Shown: positions 52,486-61,423 of the stretch, in pieces
Numbering within the stretch: the stretch's first letter is position 1
Layout of the letters: the number at the start of each line of letters is the position of its first letter
NCBI GenBank assembly: GCA_024137785.1
Contig: JAHRHZ010000092.1
Location: 874,029 to 935,451, forward strand
From: Ginglymostoma cirratum
Taxonomy: Eukaryota
Direction of reading: 5' to 3'
DNA: 61,423 nt
Notes under the pieces: generated by a model
Databases searched by the model: none
What the model was told of the DNA's origin: nothing
Seen by the model: the letters and a program-made list of their open reading frames with translations, nothing else
Program-made: the position numbers and the translations under genes

Positions 52486-53837
52486 GAGGGCTGAACTGGT
52501 TTGGTGCTGAGAAAAATATCCCGATCATGGGTGTTCTTAAACTAGGCTGAAATAATTCCAAAATAAGCTTGGCAGGTTTAAGAAACGAAAACAGAAATTG
52601 CTGGAAGAACTCAACAGGTCTGGCAGCATCTGTGGAGAGAAATTAGAATTAATACTTCGGGTTGAATCACCCTTCCTCAGAGAGACGTGTTTTAAGACTT
52701 GGTTAGGGAGGAGCTTCTTCTCCAGAATCCTTTTGGAATCCATTTGGAATCCACTTCGACAAACAGCAGTAGAAGTTGGACCATTGAATATGTTCAGGCT
52801 GACAGTGTTTTGTACAATAAGGGAGTCCACGGTGATCGGGAATGGGATTTTGGGGGAAGATAACGGTACACCAACGGCAGGAAAGTCGCGTTCAGATTAG
52901 CCACAGCGTCAGTGAATGGCGGAGTAGTCCGGTGGGGCCGAATGACCCAGTACTGCTGACATTTCTTCTGTCCTGCTGACTTGAACGGATCAGAAAAGCG
53001 TTGATATAACTCCCTGGGTAGATTGCATTCAGACTGGATTAGTATTTCTTCGAATTTGTAAGTTTGGGGTGTCGTCAAAAACAAGTGGTTTGAAATGACT
53101 TTTGTTATACGAGGACATCCAAAAACACAAAATAAAAATGCTTAACTGTAGATACGAAGCAGATCAGCCCTGATTTAACTGAATGTTTGAACATATGACG
53201 ATTTGCCTTGTACACCGACTGACCAGTTTGTGACTAATTCAAGCGAAACTTAATGAAACTCCTCATGCTCTTGTATAAGAGGTAATAGGAACTGCAGATG
53301 CTGGAGAATCCGAGATAACAAGGTGTGGAGCTGGATGAACACAGCAGGCCAAGCAGCATCACAGGAGCAGGAAAGCTGACGTTTCGGGCCTCGACCCTTC
53401 ATCAGAAATCTTGTATAGTTGCTTCGAGAGAGAGCTGAATGAATCTGTTCGTATGCGGCAGTATCAAAGAGACTGAATTACTTCCATTCTGTCCCAATGT
53501 TAGGGGCCGAACGACCTGCTCCAGTATCTACGTTGCTGGTAAAACATGCACCAAATAGTGAGCTCTTTCAAGTCTCAGAAAGCCGTATGCTTTTCCGATG
53601 GAGAAACGCTATCAAACAATATCCAAGCATTTGACGATTACACCTTAACAATCACCACAGACTCCCCATTGCGGTCTTACATTTATTAATTCATGCCCAA
53701 TATTTTTCAGCTATTTCACTCACTTTTATTATAACCCATGTCTTACTGTACTAAGTTATGCTTCAGCAGAAAAATAACCTAACAGGATGTAGCTCTGCCT
53801 TGTTCTCTCGAACACAGGTGTTTCCTGCAGTCTTTGG

Positions 53838-53876
53838 GGTTTTTGTTGAGCTGGTCCCTCTCTCGGTGTCACTGTG
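53838..53876 (-). other. Consensus 23-RSS (CACAGTG-23bp-ACAAAAACC)
   Basis: + GGTTTTTGT 53838-53846, spacer 53847-53869, CACTGTG 53870-53876. Confidence 0.97.
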
Positions 53877-54403
53877 TTACTCCAGGCGCAGTAATACGTG
53901 GCTGAGTGATCCGCTTGGAGGCTGGAAGTGTGCAGGTAGAACTCAGAGTCACTCGGCCGCTTGGCAGTGAAACCGTCCACAGGCTGGTCTGGATTGGTGT
54001 GATCTGTGCCTGTAGAGTAAAACATAAATTGTGGCCCCTTCCTGGGGTCTTCCCTGTACCAGTACATGTTAGGGTTACTAGTGCCCTGTACTGTGCATTT
54101 CAGTTCCAGTTCATCCTCGGGAGAGCGGGAGACAACAGCGGGAGTCTGATGGATAGTCTGCGAGTCTGCATCTGGAAAAGAGCGGAAAAACGGGTTGGGG
54201 GGCGCGGGGGAGTGGTACGATGGTTAGTAAATTGGATTTTCGGGGAAATGACAGAAAGAGAGACTGTAAAGACATGGAAAGAGAAGACATATAGAAATAT
54301 ATTGAAAAGAAGAAAAATGAAAAACAAGATTATAATTAAGATTTATTTTTTTAAGAATTCACTTACAATAAAACGAGATTATCAATCCCAGGAATAGATA
54401 CAT
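53877..54403 (-). CDS. TRBV: TCR beta variable segment, intact, TRBV30-like (V3): leader 54403-54367, intron 54366-54172, V exon 54171-53877
   Basis: MYLFLGLIISFY|gtaagt + YADSQTIHQTPAVVSRSPEDELELKCTVQGTSNPNMYWYREDPRKGPQFMFYSTGTDHTNPDQPVDGFTAKRPSDSEFYLHTSSLQADHSATYYCAWS; perfect RSS. Confidence 0.95.
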
Positions 54404-54482
54404 TTTAAACTTAAAATCATTCGCGGAATATGCAGTGGAGCATAAATAAAAGCGTGGGCTCCTGTAAGTCCCAGTCGGCTCT

Positions 54483-54540
54483 TTTATTATATTAAGGAAA
54501 ACCCCAGGAAGTGATGCGTCTTTGGACACGCCCACCCTCT
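54483..54540 (-). promoter_or_regulatory. V3 promoter: TATA-like, ETS/CRE-like and CACCC box
   Basis: TATAATAAA (-) ~54484-54492; CAGGAAGTGATGC 54505-54517; CACGCCCACCC ~54527-54537. Confidence 0.55.
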
Positions 54541-54860
54541 GAATAAGGTCTCGACAATTACCTCCTATTGATTCTTTCTGCGCTCCTTCTCTGTGAAGTT
54601 ATTATCCGGATAAAGACCATCCATATTTAAAGATAAGTTCGAACTTCCACTGTTTGTCTGAAAGAACAATGCCATAGGATTTCAGATTTTTGCCAAAAAA
54701 GGTCGACTGAAGCAACCTGAGAACTATTAAATCAATAATACCGTCTATAATTACCTGACTTTCAAACCAGTTTTAAATTTTGTTTGGAGCGAAGAATCCT
54801 TATATGTGGCAAGATCTTGTGGCTTCATTCACTTTCCTGGAACTAAACCAAAGTCTGCTA

Positions 54861-55827
54861 GATATCAGACCCCACCACCAAAGACATCTTTCCCTCCCCA
54901 CCCTTATCTGCCTTCCGGAGAGACCACTCCCTCCGCGACTCCCTTGTCCGCTCCACACTCCCCTCCAGCCCCACCACACCCGGCACTTTTCCCTGCAACC
55001 GCAGGAAGTACCACACCTGCCCCCACACCTCCTCCCTCACCCCAATCCCAGGCCCCAAGAAGACTTTCCACATCAGGTAGATGTTCACCTGCACATCTGC
55101 CAATGTGGTATACTGCATCCGCTGTACCCGTTGTGGCTTCCTCTACATCGGGGAAACCAAGCAGAGGCTTGGGGACCGCTTTGCAGAACACCTGCGCTCA
55201 GTTCGCAACAAACAACTGCACCTCCCAGTCGCGAACCATTTCAACACCCCCCTCCCATTCCTCAGATGACATGTCCATCCTGGGCCTCCTGCAATGCCAC
55301 AGTGATGCCACCCGAAGGCTGCAGGAACAGCAAATCATGTTCAGCCTGGGAACCCTGCAGCCCAATGGCATCAATGTGGATTTCACAAGCTTCAAAATCT
55401 CCCCTTCCCCAACCGCATCCCAAAACCAGCCTAGCTCATCTCCACCTCCCTAATCTGTTTTCCTCTCACCTCAAGCCATCTCCTATCTACTAACATCATC
55501 CCGCCCCCTTGACCTGTCCGTCCTCCCTGGACTGACCTATGTCCTCCCTACCCCCCTACCTACACTCACCTTTACTGGCTCCATCCCCGCCTCTTCGACT
55601 TGTCTGCCTCCTCTCCACCTATCCTCTCCTCTATCCATCCTCTATCTGCCTCCCCCTCTCTCCCTATTTATTTCAGAACCCTCTTCCCCTCCCCCATTTC
55701 TGATGAAGGGTCTAGGCCCGAAACGTCAAGTTTTCCTGCTCCTATGAGGCTGCTTGACCTGCTGTGTTCATCCAGCCCCATGCTTGTTATCTCGCATTCT
55801 CCAGCATCTGCAGTACCTTTTATCTCC
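54861..55827 (+). mobile_element. 5'-truncated Penelope-like element
   Basis: NVVYCIRCTRCGFLYIGETKQRLGDRFAEH; near-identical to 18530-19468. Confidence 0.9.
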
Positions 55828-56039
55828 TGAATTCACTTCATTTTCACTTCAGCATCCCAGCTACTCTCTGTTGTATGACTTCTTTCGGAATACATCCACC
55901 AATATTTGGGATTGAGCTAGCCTCCATTAATAATCTCATGATTGTGGATTTCCCCAGCTCAAGTCGGTGGCTTGTATTTTTCATTTGTGACTTTGAAGTT
56001 CAATAACCCTTCTCTAGTTTCTGACAACCATTTGGTATG

Positions 56040-56109
56040 TTTTCCATGCTCTGTTCAGGAAATTTTGAGATTGTAGCAGGAGTCTGGTGGGTAGTCTGTG
56101 ACCTTACAG
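56040..56109 (-). pseudogene. V relic (FR1 only recognisable)
   Basis: cattag acceptor then AVRSQTTHQTPATISKFPEQSME, matching FR1 of V3 family; possible leader MKDIFLLYFLF at 56283. Confidence 0.65.
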
Positions 56110-56689
56110 CTAATGAAGAGACAGGGAAAGATTAAGATCAGAAAATTCAGACACCTGGAGATGTGGAGGAGAAAAAGAAGGCAAGAGAAAGAAACCTGGT
56201 AAATTTTCTGTCTCTTTTCTCCTAGCTGCTCCCAAGCTCAGTACTTTTGTAAAAAGAAAATACAACAAGAAAATGTCCTTCATGTAGTGCTAATAGTTAG
56301 GTGTCATAGCATAAATGATTCTTTACCCTCAAGCTAACACTTTCATTCTGGGACCCACATGAATTCACATCTCTAATGTAGATCACTGTCATCTTGTGAG
56401 GCTCATCAGTTCCATGTTGTGGACCATATTTCTCAAGTTGTTTTTAAGAGCTTATTTTGATCTGGTAAATCCGCATGATTAATTCAAGCTTTCCTCACTT
56501 GCAATCCAACTTTAAACCATTTTTAGAGAAACCTGGCAATACATGGTCTCCTCCAGACACCCCATCATAATCCTAGGTCTAACTACTTTCACAATCATCC
56601 TAGAAACTTAATTAAACTTTCTCTCCAAGCTGTGAATGAGAGATGAAATGTTCAATTGCCTTTTAGAATAATACACAAAATGGTGTTTC

Positions 56690-59600
56690 CCTGTAAAGTG
56701 TAAAACTTTTGTTAGGCCACATTTAGAGTATTGTATGCAGTTCTGGTCACTACACTATAGGAAGGATCTGGAGGCTTTCGAGGGGGCAAAAGATATTTAG
56801 CCAGGATGTTGCCTGAATTGGAGTTTATTAGCTATATAAGGAGACAAACTTGGATTGTTTTCACTAGAGCATCGGAGGCTGAGGGCAACCTGATAGATAT
56901 ACATAAAATTATGAGAGGCATGGATATCATGGACAGTCAGAGTGTTTTTCTGAATGTCACATGCTACGGAGCATAAGTTTAAGGGGACAGGTGGAAAGCT
57001 TAAAGGACGTGTGTGAGGCAACTTTTTTTACTACTAAGAGTGTGGCAGGAGCCTGGAATACACTGCCAGAGGAATTGATGTAGTGTTGGGCTTAAAAAAT
57101 AATATCTCCAAACCAGATCATTAAGGGCTAATTGAACATGATATTGAGCAATGGAAAATTACATGGATGATTATGTGGAAAACTGACCTAAAGTAAAAAT
57201 CAACCACCTATTTTGGCTGGGAGATAATCCCATAATGTTGACTGTGTTTGGAGAGCATTCTTTTATGCAGGTAACATGGAGCCACTTGGAGATATTTTTA
57301 ACTTGTTTTCTGCACAATGAAATATCTGGAAGAGGACTGAAAGTATTACAACATGGTAATACAGCACATAACTAGATAAGTATTAAAATAAAACAGAATA
57401 GTGGGGCCTTTGTACCACTTATGGGACTGCCGTCATTGGACCAAGTTCATGAAACTAGGGCCATGAACCTTCACCATTGGGCTAAGGTTTGGAAGACTCG
57501 TGCTATGCACTCTGAGATAGAGCTCTAGGTGCCAGGTATCTCACAGGGCAGTGAGAGGATGGCGGTAGAGGGTTGTTTTTCAGACTGGAGGCCTGTGACT
57601 AGTCGTGTGCCACAAGGATCAGTGCTGGATCCACTGTTTTACATTTATATCAATGATTTGGATGTGAACATTGCAGGTATTGTTAGTAAGATTGCAGATG
57701 ACACCAAAATAAGTGGTGTAGTTGATAGTGAAGAAGGTTATCTCAGAATATAACAGGACTTTGATCAGATAGGCCAATGGGCCAAGGAGTGGTAGATGGA
57801 GTTTAATTTAGATAAATGTCAGGTGTTGTATTTTAGTAAGGCAAACCAGGACAGGACTTATACAACTAATGTAGAGCCCTGAGGAGTGCTGCCAAATAAA
57901 GAGAGGGGGTACATGTGCCTAGTGGAGTCGCAGGTAGACAGAATGGTAAGGAAGGCATTTTGCAAGCTTGGCTTCATTGGTAAATGTATTGAGTATGAGA
58001 GGTGGGACATCATATTGCAACTGTGCAGGAGGTTGCGGGGGGTGCAATTTCAGAATTTTGCGAACAATTCTGATCTCCCTGGTATAGGAAGGATGGTGTT
58101 AAACTTGAAAAGGTTCAGAAAGGATTCGGAAGGATGTTGCCGGATTTGGAGGGTTTGAAGTGTAGGGAGAGGATGAATAGACTGGGGCATTTTTCCCAGG
58201 AGCATCTGAGGCTGAGGGATGATCTTACAAAGTCATAGACTCACAGAGATATACAGCAGGGTAACAGACTTTTCAGTCCAACTCGATCATGCCAACAACA
58301 TATCCTAAATAAAACCAGTCCCATTTGCCAGCATTTGGCCCATATCCCTCTAAACCCTCCTATTCATATACCCATCCAGATGTCTTTTAAATGTTGTAAT
58401 GGTACTAGCCTCCACCACTACCTCTGGCAGCTCATTCCATACACACACCACCCTCTGCATCAAAAAGTTGACACTTAGGTCCGTTTTAAACCTTTCCCCT
58501 TTCACTTTAAACCTATGCCCTCTAGTTTTGGACTCCCCCACCCCAGGAAAAAGACCTTGTCTATTTACCCTATCCATGCCCCTCACGATTTTTATAAAAC
58601 TCTTTAAAGTCATCCCTCATTCTCTGAGGCTCCAGAGAAATTAGCCACAGTCTATTCAGTCTCTACCTACAGCTCAAACCTTCCAACTCTAGCAACATCT
58701 TTGCAAATGTTTTCTGAAACTTTTCAAGTTTCACAATGTCCTTCCTATATCAGGGAGGCCAGAATTGCATAGAGTATTCCAAAAGTGACCTAACCAATGT
58801 CCTGTACAGCTGCAGCATGACGTCGCCATTCTGTACTCAATGCACTGACCAATAAAAGCAAGCATACCAAATGCCTTCTTTACTATCTTGTCTATCTGTG
58901 ACTCTACTTCCAAGCAACTGTGAACCTGCATTCCAAAGTCTCTTTGTTCAGCAACACTAATAGAACATAGAACATCGAACAGTACAGCACAGTACAGGCC
59001 CTTCCGCCCACGATGTTGTGCCGAACATTTACCCTAAACCTAAGGTCTATCTAACCTCCGCCTCTACCTTATACTATCATCCATATGCCTATCTAATAGC
59101 CACTTAAATGCCCCTAATGAGGCCAACTCCACTACCCTCTCTGGCAATGCATTCCATACCCCTACCACTCTCTGAGTAAAGAACCTACCTCTGACGTCTC
59201 CCCGATATCTATCTCCTTTCACTTTAAAACTAAAAGCAACCTCATAAAAGCAACCTCCACCCTAGGAAAAAGTATCTGGCTGTCTACTCTATCTATACCT
59301 CTGATCATTTTGTATACCTCTATCAAGTCACCTCTCATCCTTCATCGTTCTAAAGAGAAAAGCCCTAGCTCTCTCAACCTTTCCTCGTAAGACCTTCCCT
59401 CCATTCCAGGCAACATCCTGGTAAATCTCCTCTGCACCTTTTCTAATGCTTCCACATCTTTCCTGTGATGAGGGGACCAGAACTGGACACAATACTCCAG
59501 ATGTGGCCAAACCAGGCTTTTGTATAGCTGGAGCATAACTTCACGGCTCTTGAACTCAATCCCTCTATTAATGAAAGCTAACACACCATACGCCTTCATA

Positions 59601-61090
59601 ACAACTTCATCCACCTGGGTGGCAGCTTTCAGGGAACTGTGAACATGAACCCCAGTATCCCTCTGCTCCTCCACACTGCCAAGAATCTTTCCATTAACCC
59701 TGTATTCTGCTTTCAAGTTTGTCCTTCCAAAATGAATCACCTCACATTTTTCAGGGTTAAACTCCATCTGCCACTTCTCAGCCCAGCTCTGCATTCAATC
59801 AATGTCCCTTTGTAACCTAGAACAGCCCTTCGCACTGTCCACAACATGACCCACCTTCGTATCGTCTGCAAACTTGCTAATCCACTCTTCCACTCCAGCA
59901 TCCAAATCATTTACAAAAATCACAAATAGAAGAGGACCCAGAACAGATTCTTGTGGTACACCACTCGTAACTGAGCACCATGTTGAATACTTTCTGTCCA
60001 CTACCACCCTTTGTCTGCTAAGGGTCAGCCAATTCTGAATCCAGACTCTCCAGGAACTTACGATTAAGTGTATAAGTCCTGACCTGATTTGCCTTTCTAA
60101 AATGCAGCATCTCATATTTATCTAAATTAAACTCTATCTGCCACTCCTCGGCCCCACTGATCAAGGTCTTCTGTACTCCGTTGGTAACCTTCTTGGCTAT
60201 CCACTACACCACCAAGTTTGGTCTCATCTGCAGACTCACTAACCATACTTCCTGTGTCCACATCCAAATCATTTATAAACATGACAAAAAGCAGTGGACC
60301 CAGCACCAATCCTTGTGGCACACCGCTGGTCACAGGCATACAATCCGAAAAGCACCACCCTCTGTCTTATACTTTCAAGCTAGTACTGTATCCAAATGAC
60401 TAGTGTGTTCCAAACTTGCTAGCCAGTCTACCATGAGAAACCTTGTTGAATAGCTTACTAAAGCCCATATAGATCATGTCCACTACTCTGCCTCAATCTT
60501 CTTTGTTACTTCTTCAAACTTAAATTAGTGACACATGATTTCCCATGTACAAAGGCATGTTGACTATCCCTAATCAGTCCTTGCTTTTCCAAGTACATGT
60601 AAATCCTGGATTCTCTCCGACAACCTGCCCACTGCGGATGTCAGCCTATAGTTCCCCGACATTCCCTGACCACCTTTCCTAAATAGTGGCATCATGTTAG
60701 CCGACCTCCAGTCTTCCGGCATCTCACCTGTGTGGAGTTTTATAACATCACGAGGTGCATAGAAGGGATGAGTAGCCAAGGTCTTTTTCCCAGGGTTGGG
60801 GATATCAAAACCAGAGGGCATAGGTTTAAGGCGACGAGGGAAAGATTTAAAGGAGACCTGAGGGGCAACTTTATTATGTAGATGGTGGTGCATATATGGA
60901 ACAAGCTGCCAGAGGTAGTGAAAGGGTTGGATATAATTACAATGTTTAAAATGCATCTGGATGGATACATGAATAGGAAAGATTTAAAGGGTTATAGGCC
61001 AAACGCAGGCAAATGGGACGAGATCAGTTGAGGAAACCTGGTCAGCAAGGATCAGCCCGTTTCCATGTTGCATGACTCCCTGACTCTATT
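56690..61090. mobile_element. Cluster of nested CR1 LINE fragments in both orientations
   Basis: Repeated VPQGSVL/FADDTK/WQMEFNPEKC/RRFTRMLPG motifs (57529-58220 +, 58230-60600 -, 60735-61090 +). Confidence 0.85.
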
Positions 61091-61423
61091 AGTTTGTATA
61101 TGTATAAAGCAGTTTCACCCAATAGGTTCACTCATTAATTTATATTATTATGTGGATTAAGTTAATAGATTAGCTATATACCAAAGTGCCTGGGTCGTCT
61201 TATAATAATTTTGAACAAACCTTAAAGAACCCATTTCAGCGATTGTAGAAATCTTCGCTGCAAATGTTTTGTCACCCTGCTAGATAACATCGTCAGTGCA
61301 CCTCCAGTGAAGTGGCGGTGTTCTGTCTCGCTTGTTATTTGTTGCAGTGGTTGGTAATTACTTCCAGTTCTGTTTCTCAGTGGTTTCTACACAGGGTCTA
61401 ATTCAATGTGTTTGTTGATTGAG

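Overview
Eukaryotic DNA, almost certainly from a cartilaginous fish (shark-type CR1, Penelope and Tx1 repeats), covering part of a T-cell receptor beta V-segment array. All V genes lie on the minus strand with a phase-1 leader exon and V exon. Two V genes look intact: 14528-15696 and a TRBV30-like gene at 53877-54403. Around them are at least five V pseudogenes and several fainter relics. The most striking feature is at 713-866: a V exon stops inside the conserved Trp codon and is fused directly to a 23-RSS. The junction is a perfect head-to-head heptamer pair (CGCTGTG|CACAGCA), which looks like a RAG signal joint fixed in the genome. A decayed ~14.5 kb endogenous retrovirus (16764-31331) has a tRNA-His PBS, two RNase H domains and an env with paramyxovirus-F-like topology (lokiretrovirus-like). 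Penelope-like elements carrying hammerhead ribozyme cores are abundant, along with two segmental duplications of V units and many CR1/Tx1/Rex LINE fragments. No D, J or C segments were recognised. All coordinates were read by hand.
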